The notes: generated by a model from the sequence alone, not told the origin. Positions 16,425 through 26,725 are shown, counted from the stretch's first letter. The stretch is 64,000 bases of DNA from Deltaproteobacteria bacterium (GCA_016208165.1 JACQYL010000001.1:8099-72098); one strand, 5' to 3'. Translations and numbers: made by a program.

Positions 16425-17027
16425 ATGAGCAAGGGATCGAAAACAAAGGTCCTGTACACCTTCCTGGGAATGATTGGCGGCTTTGTACTTCTTCACCCTT
16501 ACACGATGATGGTGTACGCGCTGATGCATGTCCGCCGAGGTGCAGCCGGTGTGCATCCGGAATGGGGCGGGATCACTCTTCGGAGCCTCGTGGCCCTCAA
16601 GTCCACGATGTTGCCCATGGCATCCGCGTTCGTGATCTTTGGTGGGTTGATCGGCCTGTTGGTCGCCCTCGTTTTTGAAAGGAAAAGGAAAATGCTTCTG
16701 CTGGAAGTCGAAAATAATAAGAACAAGATTGCCATCCAAACGCTCAAGGAGGTGACGGTTACGATAGCGCACCATCTTTTGAACGCCAACATGATTATCG
16801 GAGGGAAGGTCAGGCAATGCCGCAGGCTGACCTCCGATCAAGAGATCCTTAAGGTCCTCGCGGATATGGAGGAGCAGGGACGGAAGATCGATTCGACCAT
16901 CAAGTCGTTGCGCGAAGTCACCGAAGTGAAGATCATGGATTACACCACGAGCGGTGCGGTGAAGATGATTGATATCGATGATGAGATTAAGGAGCGGATG
17001 GTTCAATCAGGGAAGCAGGTCGATTGA
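16425..17027 (+). CDS. Hypothetical membrane protein (2 TM helices plus a coiled coil)
   Basis: TM helices VLYTFLGMIGGFVLLHPYTMMVYAL and MLPMASAFVIFGGLIGLLVALVF, then a helical region. I recognise no family. The start is the ATG at 16425 or the TTG at 16410. Confidence 0.5.
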   Translation: MSKGSKTKVLYTFLGMIGGFVLLHPYTMMVYALMHVRRGAAGVHPEWGGITLRSLVALKSTMLPMASAFVIFGGLIGLLVALVFERKRKMLLLEVENNKNKIAIQTLKEVTVTIAHHLLNANMIIGGKVRQCRRLTSDQEILKVLADMEEQGRKIDSTIKSLREVTEVKIMDYTTSGAVKMIDIDDEIKERMVQSGKQVD

Positions 17028-17184
17028 CGATGTCCCGGCTTGTTTCTTCTTTGAGAGGACCGGGCCGTCACAATGTTTTTTATGTGCGACTTTGCAAAAG
17101 AGAAGATATGACACGGATGTCAAGTCCCGCGTGTTACCGGATTCTTCGTTCGGATGAGCCGCGGACTGTCACGAGGTCGGGAAC

Positions 17185-18243
17185 ATGACGAAGATACCGC
17201 CCGGAACCAAACGGATGTTGCTGGGCATACTTGTATTGGGGATAACCGGTCTCCATTACGGTACGGATATCGCATTGTCCCACCATCATATCTTCTATCG
17301 TGAACTGTACTATCTTCCTCTGGTCCTGGCGGCTTTCTGGTTCGGCGTACGAGGCGCCCTGATCACTTCGTCCATCATCGCTCTTCTGTATCTTCCGTTC
17401 ATTTGGATGAGTTGGGAAGGCTTTTCCGTCCAAGATTTCCACGCGCTGATCGGAATAGCGCTTTACTATGTTATGGCTCTTCTCGTGGGCATACTGAGAG
17501 ATCGAGAACAGGCCAAGCACAAGCGTCTCGTGGAAGCTGAGAGCCTGGCGGCCATCGGAAAGGCGCTTTCCAGCGTTGCTCACGATTTCAAGACCCCGCT
17601 CATTGCTATAGGAGGCTTTGCCAGGTGGGTCCAGAAAAGGATGAGAAACGATGACGCCTGCTACGACAAGCTCGATATCGTTATTGGAGAAGCCCGGCGA
17701 CTGGAGAATATGGTGAATGAGATGCTGGACTTCTCGAGGCCTTTGCAGTTGAGTCGATCCACAACAGACCTATCGGATATTGTAAAAAAAATAGTAACCA
17801 TATGTCTTGAAGCGGATGGCAAGCGAAGGGTGAAGATTGACATCGAATGTGCGAAAGATCTGCCCACCCTGTTCCTGGACCAAATGAGAATGGAGCAAGC
17901 ACTGATTAATTTAATGTGGAACGCCGTACAAGTTACGCCCGAGGAGGAGACGGTGACCATAAAGACCTCCTCGAGCAGCGGCTACGTAAGGATAGAAGTT
18001 AGGGATTCCGGTTGTGGGATACCCCCTGATCTCCGAGAGAAAGTCTTCTCTCCTTTCTTCACAACCAAAAAGGATGGGACCGGATTAGGGCTTCCTATCG
18101 CCAAAAAGATCATCGAAGCTCACGGAGGAAGGCTGGAAATGAACGATAATCCGGGAAAAGGAACCGTGTTTACGGCTTCTTTGCCTATCCAGACTCCGCA
18201 CGATAGAGCGTGTCGAGAAAATAGTAAGGACTCTGATTTGTGA
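17185..18243 (+). CDS. Membrane sensor histidine kinase
   Basis: Four-TM N-terminal module, an H-box (SSVAHDFKTPLIAIGGF) and ATPase motifs (NAVQVT, DSGCGIP, GTGLGLPIAKKIIEAHGG). Confidence 0.85.
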   Translation: MTKIPPGTKRMLLGILVLGITGLHYGTDIALSHHHIFYRELYYLPLVLAAFWFGVRGALITSSIIALLYLPFIWMSWEGFSVQDFHALIGIALYYVMALLVGILRDREQAKHKRLVEAESLAAIGKALSSVAHDFKTPLIAIGGFARWVQKRMRNDDACYDKLDIVIGEARRLENMVNEMLDFSRPLQLSRSTTDLSDIVKKIVTICLEADGKRRVKIDIECAKDLPTLFLDQMRMEQALINLMWNAVQVTPEEETVTIKTSSSSGYVRIEVRDSGCGIPPDLREKVFSPFFTTKKDGTGLGLPIAKKIIEAHGGRLEMNDNPGKGTVFTASLPIQTPHDRACRENSKDSDL

Positions 18244-18369
18244 GACGGAATGTTGGACGCCGATATTGAACTGGTCTTTCTGACACGGGTAGCATTGTCT
18301 TGGGGGGGATAATTACAAGTTAATAGGGCCATACGTCTTTGCCAACCTATTCCATGGGAGATCGTATAT

Positions 18370-19212
18370 ATGTCCAATAAGATCAAAAAGATATCTGTTA
18401 TCTTCGTTCTCATAGTTATTGTTACCGTGCTTCACTATTCAACCTCTATGAAGAAAGCGCCATTGCATGTTATATACAGGGAATTGTATCTTATACCCAT
18501 TCTATTAGGCGCAGTTTGGTACGGTATGAAGGGAGGCTTAATAACCTCAATTGCGTCATCCATGGTATATATTCCATGCGCTATGATGAGTTCTTCTGGG
18601 GCGCCGTCGTTCTTTATGGTAAGTAACATAGCTGAAATAGCGACATTTAATATCGTCGCATTGATCGTGGGTAGGTACTCGGACTTGAGGCGAAAGTTTA
18701 TCTTGGGTGAAAAGCCGGAGAAGGGTACTCAGGAATATAAAGTCAATGAATTGAATGAGTTAGATGCTGGGCGAAACATATTGATATGCCTCGAACCATC
18801 GAACGACACATTGAAAGAGGTTGACTATGTGGCACGAATGCTTACCAAAAATGAACATACAAGGGCCACGTTATTGGGTATCTTTCGTGAGCCGAAAGCG
18901 GATTTATTTCCAAGTGAGAACGAGATGAACGCCTACAGAGCGGAGAAGGAAACAGCGTTGGAAGGGATATTGCTTAAGTCGGCGCAGATGTTGAAATCAT
19001 CGGGCCTTGGCGAGGACCAGGTGATCAGCAAGACCGTACGGTTTCAGCACGGTCATGCGGCGGATCAGATCGTCAGAGAACAGGAAAAAGGCCGATACGA
19101 CACCATTGTTGTCGCCGGCGCGAAGATGCCGAAGCAACAGGAATTCTTGTTCGGGAATCTGCCGGTAAAGGTGATTCGTTCTGTTGACTGTCCGGTAATT
19201 ACCGTCTATTAG
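18370..19212 (+). CDS. Membrane-anchored universal stress protein (an N-terminal TM module homologous to that of the adjacent kinase, plus a USP domain)
   Basis: The N-terminus LHYSTSMKKAPLHVIYRELYLIPILLGAVWYGMKGGLITS parallels the kinase's LHYGTDIALSHHHIFYRELYYLPLVLAAFWFGVRGALITS. The C-terminal USP domain reads NILICLEPS...HGHAADQIVREQEKGRYDTIVVAGAK...FGNLPVKVIRSVDCPVITV. Confidence 0.75.
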   Translation: MSNKIKKISVIFVLIVIVTVLHYSTSMKKAPLHVIYRELYLIPILLGAVWYGMKGGLITSIASSMVYIPCAMMSSSGAPSFFMVSNIAEIATFNIVALIVGRYSDLRRKFILGEKPEKGTQEYKVNELNELDAGRNILICLEPSNDTLKEVDYVARMLTKNEHTRATLLGIFREPKADLFPSENEMNAYRAEKETALEGILLKSAQMLKSSGLGEDQVISKTVRFQHGHAADQIVREQEKGRYDTIVVAGAKMPKQQEFLFGNLPVKVIRSVDCPVITVY

Positions 19213-19253
19213 GCGCCGGATTGTTTCCTAACCCTTGAACGAGGACCCAAATC

Positions 19254-19814
19254 ATGCGCAGGCACTTTCGAATCAGAGGGGTTATTGCGGTTTCCATATT
19301 CTTGGGATTATTCGGACTGAGTCTGGTTGCCTGTCAGCCGGACATAGTGAGAACGGTCGAAGAGACTCCTTCGGATCACCCCCACCGGTTGCCGGACACG
19401 AAAGTCGTTGGAGACCATCACGTGTCGTTTCTTGTGGACCACAGGCGAGGAGAAATCGAGATCTTCGTCACAGACGCCCAAGAAAGGCCGGTTCCGTTGG
19501 AAGAGCCTTTCCTCAGGGGTGTTATAGTGACTCCGGCCGGGGCATCGAGAGAGATCCGTCTCGAGCCGGCTCAATACAGGCGACGACGGCTCGTTGTAGG
19601 TCGAGCCTCGTTGAGGAGACCTGACGATCGCACCAATCCGCGCATCCGTTCCGAGTATGTACCCTATACGGCCGTTTTCTGTTACCAGGCCGAGTGGTTG
19701 ATGAAGGAACATGACTATACAATACAAGTGGAGGTTCCCATCAACAACGTCATGCACAAGGCGAGCTTTGACTTCAGCGCCTCCGAGGAAGAAGACCCAC
19801 ATCATCGCCACTGA
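19254..19814 (+). CDS. Hypothetical lipoprotein with His-rich termini
   Basis: Signal peptide plus lipobox (FLGLFGLSLVAC). Contains DHPHRLP..GDHHVSFLVDH and ends in EEEDPHHRH. I recognise no family. Confidence 0.55.
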   Translation: MRRHFRIRGVIAVSIFLGLFGLSLVACQPDIVRTVEETPSDHPHRLPDTKVVGDHHVSFLVDHRRGEIEIFVTDAQERPVPLEEPFLRGVIVTPAGASREIRLEPAQYRRRRLVVGRASLRRPDDRTNPRIRSEYVPYTAVFCYQAEWLMKEHDYTIQVEVPINNVMHKASFDFSASEEEDPHHRH

Positions 19815-20106
19815 GAGAGCAGAGGCTTTGGCCCGACACCGTCCAAAAGGAAGGTGACTTGTGTTTATTCGGGGCATGGTCTTCGAAACCGTTTCTGTTT
19901 TTGGTCGTTCCGGCGTAAGAGGGTCTGCCGGAATTCGTGATCCCGTCCAAGCCCCGTAAAGCAGGGCGCAAACCGGAATCCAGCTCATTGTGGCACGCGT
20001 CTCCATGCCTCTGCCAAGAGTTCGGCAAGGTGGCGAGATCGGGGCGATGGTGAGAAGTTACATGGCTCCGGCTCGGCTTGACCTTGCCGGAAGGAATTGG
20101 GTGGAA

Positions 20107-21776
20107 CCTGAATCCGTGAAGCGAGCACCATCAGTTTGTCGAAGATAAGTATGTAACCAGTTGATAATTGATGCAATTTAGGCAATAGTGTTCTCTGTTT
20201 TGAGTTCACCCAACAGGTGGAGGCTATGCAGAAAATCACCATCGAAAGATCCGAAAGTGAGTGTTACACCGCGCATTCGGGTTTGTCCTTGGCGGGACTT
20301 TTGGTCAACCACCACACCGAGTTGTGTCGGAAGTTGGATTTGGCCGTGCCCCGGACGCCGAGCGTGTCTCATTCGGATGTGATGAAGAGCTATCTGGGAC
20401 TGCTTTGCGTCGGCAAGAGCGATTTCGAGGCCGTGGCCGGGATGCGCGGCGCAGCGACTGGTTCAGGGCGGCGCTGGGTATCCGGAAGGCGCCGTCGACA
20501 GAGACCTTGCGCCAGCGTTTTGACAAGAATGCGGGGGTGCTTACGGATATCGTCAACGCGAGCGTCATCGAGATGCTCCAAGGAGTGAAAGCGCCTGTGA
20601 CGGCGGGAGCCATGGGACACGCGCCGCTGGATATCGACGTGTTTCCCATGGACAACTCGGATACCAAGAAAGACGGAGTGTCCCGAACGTACAAAGGCTT
20701 TGACGGGTACGCACCCATAGCGGCATACCTTGGCGAGGAGGGTTGGTGCATAGGCCTCGATCTGCGCTAAGGCGGCCAAAACAGCCAGAATGGGTTTGTT
20801 CCTTTTCTGGATAGGGTGGTTCAACGGGCGCGGCAGTTGACGGAAAAAACGCTTTTGGTGCGCCTCGACGCGGCCCACTGCGCGTTGGAGACCTTGGTGA
20901 CGCTCCGGCAACACGGGAACGTCTCCTTTGTGATTAAGTGGAATCCCCGCAAGGAGGACCCGCCGGCCTGGCGTGACCGGCTGTTCGCCGAAGGCAAGGT
21001 GACCCAACCCAGGCCGGGCAAAAAGGTGGCCGTGATGACGGTGCATGAGACGCGTGAAGTCGAAGGGAAAGAGAAGCGATTCATGCGCGTGATGCGGGTG
21101 ACCGAACGCACCATGGATCGGGACGGCCAAATGCTGCTGGCGCCGCAGGTTAGGCTGGAAGGATGGTGAACCACAACCTGGTTCTGCCCGAGGAACGGAT
21201 CATCCGGTTGTACGGGGGGCATGGGACGAGCGAGCAGTTTCACAGCGAAATCAAGGCCGATCTCGATATGGAGCGGCTGCCGCCCGGCAAGTTCGCTACT
21301 AATGGCTTGGTGCTGACCTGTGCGGGCATGGTCCATAATATGGTGCGTATTATCGGTCAGTTCGGGCTTCTCGGCGACACCTCGCCGGTGTGCCACCCGG
21401 CCAAACGCCGCCGCATTCGTACGGTGATTCAGGAACTCATGACAGTCGCGGGCCGACTCATCCGGACAGGACGTGGCTTGATCTCGCGCCTCGGTCCCCA
21501 CTGTCCGGCCTATGAAGCGTTTACGGATGTGCATATGCGGCTGCCTCCGGGATAACAAGGGTCCTGATTACCCGTTTTGAAACCGGATGTGAAGATTGAA
21601 AGGATAGTTATGTCCTGAACGCCCTAAAAATCGTTTTTTTGCCGTAACCGGCAGTTGAAAGCACAACAGGGGACTCAGTGCTTTATGGAGTTCCCATCGG
21701 ACCTTGGCAAATATCCGAAAGAATGCTCCCAAAACTGTGCAAAGAACCGTTAACAAAATCAGTTCACTGATTCAGG
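20107..21776 (+). mobile_element. Decayed IS1380-family insertion sequence (about 1.67 kb)
   Basis: Candidate terminal inverted repeats are CCTGAATCCGTGAA (20107-20120) and TTCACTGATTCAGG (21763-21776), matching at 13 of 14 positions. They enclose a broken DDE transposase. I found no clean target-site duplication. Confidence 0.6.
20217..21555 (+). pseudogene. IS1380-family transposase pseudogene (two frameshifts and one in-frame stop)
   Basis: Frame 0 (GKSDFEAVAGMRG) switches to frame 2 (DWFRAALGIRKAPSTETLRQRFDK) near 20450. There is an in-frame TAA at 20768-20770 (LDLR*GGQNSQNG). Another frameshift near 21165 separates EGW* from MVNHNLVLPEERIIRLYGGHGTSEQFHSEIKADL. Confidence 0.75.
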
Positions 21777-22007
21777 GAGGTCGCTAAAAAAGCAACACGT
21801 TTCTTGATATTTGAGATGGGGGCCTTTTCTCATGGGTCACGACGGAAAGAAAATCGGCTCTTGCCGGGTGACATGTTCTTTATGGTGATTAATATTAACT
21901 ATCAATAGTTTTGTGAGCGTTTGAAGAGCATTGGTGAGAATCCGGAATGGTGAGCGACGGGAAACTGTAACAAACGAGGTTAACCACGGACAAAGAAGGA
22001 GGTTGCG

Positions 22008-22427
22008 ATGAAAAAGGCTGTTTTAGTATCCGCATTGGTGTTGTGTTCCATGTTGATGTCCTATCCGGCGTTCGCCGGCCAGTGGGAAGGAACGATTCAG
22101 GGGCTCATGTGCACCCTCGAGAAGAAGCCCTGCCCGGTAGGATTTGAGGACGCCTTGACAGCCATGGAACCGAACTTCGTCCTCGTGACGTCGGACGGAA
22201 GTTGGTACATGTTGCCGAATATGGATCGGGCGGTATTGGCTCGCCGTATCAACCAAGATGTCATGGTGGTGGGGGAGAAGAATCCGGAGTACAACTCGAT
22301 TAAAGTGGACGAGCTGAAAGCGAAAGCCGACGGATCTTGGACAACCGTCTGGTCTACCGAGATGGAAAAGGAGCTCAGGAAGATGTTCAAGTGGGGTCTC
22401 GGTGGTTCTCCCGCCCATCCCAAATGA
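22008..22427 (+). CDS. Small secreted two-Cys protein, paralogue A (pairs with 31293-31727)
   Basis: Signal peptide ending PAFAGQWEGT, then MCTLEKKPCP, LARR, YNSIKVDELKAKADGSWTTVWSTEME. A strong RBS (GAAGGAGG) precedes it. Confidence 0.65.
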   Translation: MKKAVLVSALVLCSMLMSYPAFAGQWEGTIQGLMCTLEKKPCPVGFEDALTAMEPNFVLVTSDGSWYMLPNMDRAVLARRINQDVMVVGEKNPEYNSIKVDELKAKADGSWTTVWSTEMEKELRKMFKWGLGGSPAHPK

Positions 22428-22603
22428 AATGTCCTCAAACCATCAGGTGCTTACTTTCGCAGCTGGTGTCGACCGGAAGCAGGCGGGAAACCGGGAACGG
22501 TTTCCCGCCTGACTTTTTGGGTGGCCGGTCGGCCTCGGGAATGAATGCGGAACCCCGGTGAGCATCGGGGTATCCGGAGAGATGATTGGTATATATGCGA
22601 TGA

Positions 22604-24508
22604 GTGCTTATTGTGGCGAATAGTCTCCAACAACGTTTGATGTTTTTCGTGCTGATTCCGATTGCGTTTCTGCTGTTTCTGATAGGAAGCATCGGCTTTC
22701 TGTACGCGCGAAACACCATGCTTTCAGAATGGCGGGAAGCCGCCGTTTTGAAGCTTCAACGGGGCGCTCACCAGATGGATATGAGGTTGAGCCGGCCTCT
22801 GGAATGGATACGGATGTTCCAGCAGTCCGGCGAGCTGCTCCAGACATCGATTCAGGATTGGCTCATTTCCCGGCTGCAACAACTCGGGGGAGTGGAAAGC
22901 GCCCATATCGAATGGTTCCCTGAGTACGGGGGCGCAGGTGGTACTTCAGGGGATCACATGGGTGCGGGAACGGGCAAGGACATGAATACGGACATGAAGC
23001 CGTTTCAGGAGGGTGGAGTTGCCCGAATAACCCCGCCAAAATTGGATTCCACCACCGGTAAGAAAACGGTGACCATCGAGTCGAACTTACTGGATAGGGA
23101 CAACCGGACCGTGGGTCAGCTTCAAGTGATCATCAGCTTCGAGTATCTGCTGGAGGGTGTGCTCTCTTCGAGTTGGACCGAAGGAGACAAGGCCTGCCTG
23201 GTCGACGAAAATGGCGCTTATCTGGCTCATACGGCCGCCATCGACGCGGGCCGGCGTCGTCTGGGCGGCGCCGGCGATTCCTTGGAATTAGCCATTTTGG
23301 AGGCCCTGAAAGACCGGCCGTTCGGGACGGTACTAGGCCGTGGACATCCTCCCGGCGAGGTGGCAGGGTTCTGCAGGCTGCAAAATGCCCCATGGACCAT
23401 CGTCGTATTTGCTCCAGGGGATAAAATTCTTGGGCCCATCGTACGATTTCGTACCTATTTCTTCGGCTTCGGAATTATTTGTATCGGCATCGTGCTGATG
23501 CTCATAAGACTGACAACCGCGGGAACGGTCCGCTCGATCCAGGAGATCTCCGCTTCCGCAAAGCAGGTCGCCTCGGGAGACTACGGAAGAACGCTTTCCG
23601 TCAGAAGTCGAGACGAGGTGGGGCAACTGACCAGGAGCTTTAACACCATGATCGCGGAGTTGAGGCAAAAGGAACGGATTCGCAATATGTTCGGACGCTA
23701 CGTGGACAAGGAGGTGGCCGAGGAACTGCTTCGGGGGCCGGAATCGACCCGGCTGGGAGGAGAAAAGCGCGAGGTGGTGATCCTGATGTCCGATTTGCGG
23801 GGGTTCACGCCACTGTGTGAGGCCATGAGTCCGGAAATTGTAATCGGGGTCCTGAATCGCTATTTTTCATATATTATCGGAATCATCCATCGATACAAAG
23901 GTATTATCATCGATTTTGTTGGGGATGCCGTCCTCGTCTTTTTCGACCCGATAACCTCGACCGTCGACGAGAAGGCCAAGGATGCGGTGCAATGCGGTCT
24001 TGAAATGCAGTCCGCCATGGAACGGGTCAACGACGAAAATCAGGGGCTCGGAATACCCCGGTTGAGCATGGGGATCGGGATCCACTCCGGCGAGGTGATC
24101 GTGGGAAACATAGGGTCCCAGTCCAGAGCCAAGTACGGCATTGTGGGCGCGCCCGTGAACCTCACGCAACGGATCCAGTCCGTTGCGGAAGGGGGGGAAG
24201 TGGTGGTCTCCGAATCGGTTCGCCGGCGAACCGGGGAAGCTTTCCGGGTTCTCCGTAGCTTCAAGACCCGGCTCAAAGGAGTGCACGATCAAGTAACCCT
24301 ACACGTTGTCGATGGATCGGTAGAAGTGGGCCATTCACGAGACGGTGGGGAACATCCCGTTCAACATGATCACAGGCCTCCGGAGAGAGACGGACAAAAG
24401 AAATCCTCTGTCCTCGAAGGGGGGAAGGATCAAGAACGGTTTCAGCAGGCGGATCGAAGGGATCCTGTTCCTTCTCCCCGTCGAGGACAGGGAGAAGGAA
24501 CAGGATGA
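22604..24508 (+). CDS. Membrane adenylate/guanylate cyclase (periplasmic sensor - TM - HAMP - class III cyclase)
   Basis: TM1 FFVLIPIAFLLFLIGSIGFLY, a roughly 250-aa extracytoplasmic region, TM2, a HAMP domain (IQEISASAKQVASGDYG..DEVGQLTRSFNTMIAEL), and a cyclase core (VVILMSDLRGFT, FVGDAVLVFF, GIHSGEVIVGNIGS, YGIVGAPVNLTQR). It also has a roughly 70-aa low-complexity basic tail. Confidence 0.85.
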   Translation: MLIVANSLQQRLMFFVLIPIAFLLFLIGSIGFLYARNTMLSEWREAAVLKLQRGAHQMDMRLSRPLEWIRMFQQSGELLQTSIQDWLISRLQQLGGVESAHIEWFPEYGGAGGTSGDHMGAGTGKDMNTDMKPFQEGGVARITPPKLDSTTGKKTVTIESNLLDRDNRTVGQLQVIISFEYLLEGVLSSSWTEGDKACLVDENGAYLAHTAAIDAGRRRLGGAGDSLELAILEALKDRPFGTVLGRGHPPGEVAGFCRLQNAPWTIVVFAPGDKILGPIVRFRTYFFGFGIICIGIVLMLIRLTTAGTVRSIQEISASAKQVASGDYGRTLSVRSRDEVGQLTRSFNTMIAELRQKERIRNMFGRYVDKEVAEELLRGPESTRLGGEKREVVILMSDLRGFTPLCEAMSPEIVIGVLNRYFSYIIGIIHRYKGIIIDFVGDAVLVFFDPITSTVDEKAKDAVQCGLEMQSAMERVNDENQGLGIPRLSMGIGIHSGEVIVGNIGSQSRAKYGIVGAPVNLTQRIQSVAEGGEVVVSESVRRRTGEAFRVLRSFKTRLKGVHDQVTLHVVDGSVEVGHSRDGGEHPVQHDHRPPERDGQKKSSVLEGGKDQERFQQADRRDPVPSPRRGQGEGTG

Positions 24509-24644
24509 GGGAGTATATACGGACGAACTCCGCAGATGGGTAACTTCTCGACGTGCTTCCAGCACAAGCCGCTTCAGTGTATCGCGGCTGACTCACTAAG
24601 ATGCTTCCAACCTTCCGGTTCTTTGCTCGGACTACCTACGACGC

Positions 24645-25082
24645 TTATCGTGCCTGGTGCATACAGGTGTTTTCACCTTGAAAGACAACCGCGTCATTCT
24701 GGTTCTTAAGAGCAAATCCCCACGTGGTGAAGACTCTTCCCTTGTCCTTGTCTTCCTTCTTGTTCAGGATCTCGATTTCCAGCCCGATCCGGTCGTTTGG
24801 GAAGACCGGGCCTCGCACCTTGAGGTTGTTCGTGCCCACATGCACGTGATCTTTCAATAGATCCCCCGCCAATCCGAAGACGATCGTGAACAGAAACGGA
24901 CCAGGCACCAATCTTCCTTTGAAACCCAGAGCCTGGGCAGCCTCATCGATCAAGAAGGGATCCAGTCTCAGGTCGCCGATCGTGCAAAACATGTCCAATT
25001 CGGTTCCGGTGATGGTTCTTGATCCGCAGTCAAACTTGTCCCCAACATTTCCTTCCGCCAGTGTTCCTGTTGCCATCAGCAT
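24645..25082 (-). CDS. MaoC-like (R)-hydratase / hotdog-fold protein
   Basis: 145 aa. GDKFDCGSRTITGTELDMFCTIGDLRLDPFLIDEAAQALGFKGRLVPGPFLF is the MaoC dehydratase pattern. Confidence 0.8.
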   Translation of the reverse strand: MLMATGTLAEGNVGDKFDCGSRTITGTELDMFCTIGDLRLDPFLIDEAAQALGFKGRLVPGPFLFTIVFGLAGDLLKDHVHVGTNNLKVRGPVFPNDRIGLEIEILNKKEDKDKGRVFTTWGFALKNQNDAVVFQGENTCMHQAR

Positions 25083-25741
25083 TCTCCTCTAAATTGATAA
25101 ATAATCGCGGCCATTCATACGATGATTTTTCCACAGATTCAGAGTTCTGTCCAGTTCTTGACGCCCGGTTCACCGGCAGAAGTTTCCGGGTGTCAGTGCT
25201 TAAATGTTAAAAACCGATTCCGCCATGGTAATTCGTTAGAAAACCCGTGAGGGGACCCGATACAAGGCGATCTGATTTCCCACTTTTTCGGTGCATTCGT
25301 CGCTTCCCCGGAACCGAGCGATCACCTGTGCTGTTTGGCGCCCTCTATTCCGGCGGTTGCCGGCCGCCTTCTTCAATCAGGACGCCTGAGAACTTGAGCT
25401 TGACATAAGCATAGTATTAAAAATAGGGTGTGGAAAGTGGCAAAAACGACATTGAACCTCAAGATAGCGTCAAATCGGCACTGCATCATTCACGTGCGAA
25501 CACAGCAGCGGCGCGTTCGGGATCATCAGAAAGGCTTCCGACACCTATCTTTCATGTACATTTTGACTTCCATATCAAACCGAAACGACGCCGAGAGGTT
25601 GTGTGTGATCGTTCACCAATGAGATCATTTTAGGCTCCTTATATGCTTATTGCAAAACCGAGCTTTTTGTAATTCGATAAATGAGTGTAGCATGCTAAAT
25701 GGAACGGTTGTTGGCTATTAGCAATGCTTCAGCCATGATGG

Positions 25742-26725
25742 ATGGATGATATGAAGGTGACCATATTAGCTCTCTACAATACGACTGGAACCAGCGTAAT
25801 GGGTCCCATGGATGTTTTCTTTCATGCCGGCAAACTCTGGAATCACATTAACGGCTTAAAGCCGACACCGTATTTTGATGTTGAAATCGCCGGTATGGAC
25901 GGAAAACCGGTTAAGTGCATCAATAACGTTTTGATTCAACCCCACTGCTCGATTGACGATGTACAAGAAACCGATCTCATTATGATCGCCTGTATCGCCA
26001 ATTTTGGAAAAACAATAGAATATAACGCTAAGGCATTGGAATGGCTTAAGTATCACTATCGGAGGGGAGCAGATATCGCCAGTGTTTGCACGGGGGGATT
26101 TTTTCTGGCCGCAACCGGACTCTTGGACGGAAAAACGGCAACGACCCACTGGGGCTTTGTAAACCTCTTCAGAGAGATGTTTCCGAAGGTCCATCTGAAA
26201 CCGGAACGGCTGATTACGGATGAGGGCAATTTGTACTGCTCGGGAGCATTGTACTCCGGCGTCGATCTTTCCGTTTACCTTGTGCAAAAATACTGCGGCC
26301 ATGAGGTGGCTGTTCAATGCGCCAAAACCCTGATCCACGACATGGACCGAAACTCCCAGGTTCCGTATGCTGTTTTGGAATTTCAGAAGAAGCATAGGGA
26401 CGAAAAGATAAAGAGGGTTCAGCAGTGGATAGAAACTAATTTTACGGAAAGGGTCGATTTTGACGAAGTGGCCAGAGAGAACGGAATGAGCCGGCGCACG
26501 TTCGAACGCCGATTCAAATGTGCAACCGGCGATACGCCGTTATTATATTTGCAGCGAACAAGAGTGGAAACCGCGAGAAGACTGTTGGAGGAACACTTCC
26601 TGACGTTTGACGAAATCTGTCATCACCTGGGTTATGAAAACAGCAACTCCTTTAGAGAAGTGTTTAGAAAGCACACCGGACTTTTACCAATGGAATATCA
26701 GAAAAAGTTCCGTATCATCCCGTAG
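25742..26725 (+). CDS. GlxA-family transcriptional regulator (DJ-1/PfpI-like domain plus AraC HTH)
   Basis: N-terminal amidotransferase-like fold with IASVCTGGFFLAATGLLDGKTATTHW. The C-terminal AraC-type HTH reads VARENGMSRRTFERRFKCATGDTPLLYLQRTRVETARRLLE..GYENSNSFREVFRKHTG. Confidence 0.85.
   Translation: MDDMKVTILALYNTTGTSVMGPMDVFFHAGKLWNHINGLKPTPYFDVEIAGMDGKPVKCINNVLIQPHCSIDDVQETDLIMIACIANFGKTIEYNAKALEWLKYHYRRGADIASVCTGGFFLAATGLLDGKTATTHWGFVNLFREMFPKVHLKPERLITDEGNLYCSGALYSGVDLSVYLVQKYCGHEVAVQCAKTLIHDMDRNSQVPYAVLEFQKKHRDEKIKRVQQWIETNFTERVDFDEVARENGMSRRTFERRFKCATGDTPLLYLQRTRVETARRLLEEHFLTFDEICHHLGYENSNSFREVFRKHTGLLPMEYQKKFRIIP

Noticed and set aside
20103-21781. A target-site duplication for the IS1380-like element
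   Set aside because: The bases flanking the candidate inverted repeats (GGAA on the left, GAGG on the right) do not match. No TSD is claimed, and the element's ends remain provisional.
21840-22007. A cobalamin-riboswitch-like string (GGTGAGAATCCGG ... ACTGTAA) and three TGGTGA repeats upstream of the 22008 gene
   Set aside because: Only a short partial resemblance. There is no B12 box and not enough length before the start codon.
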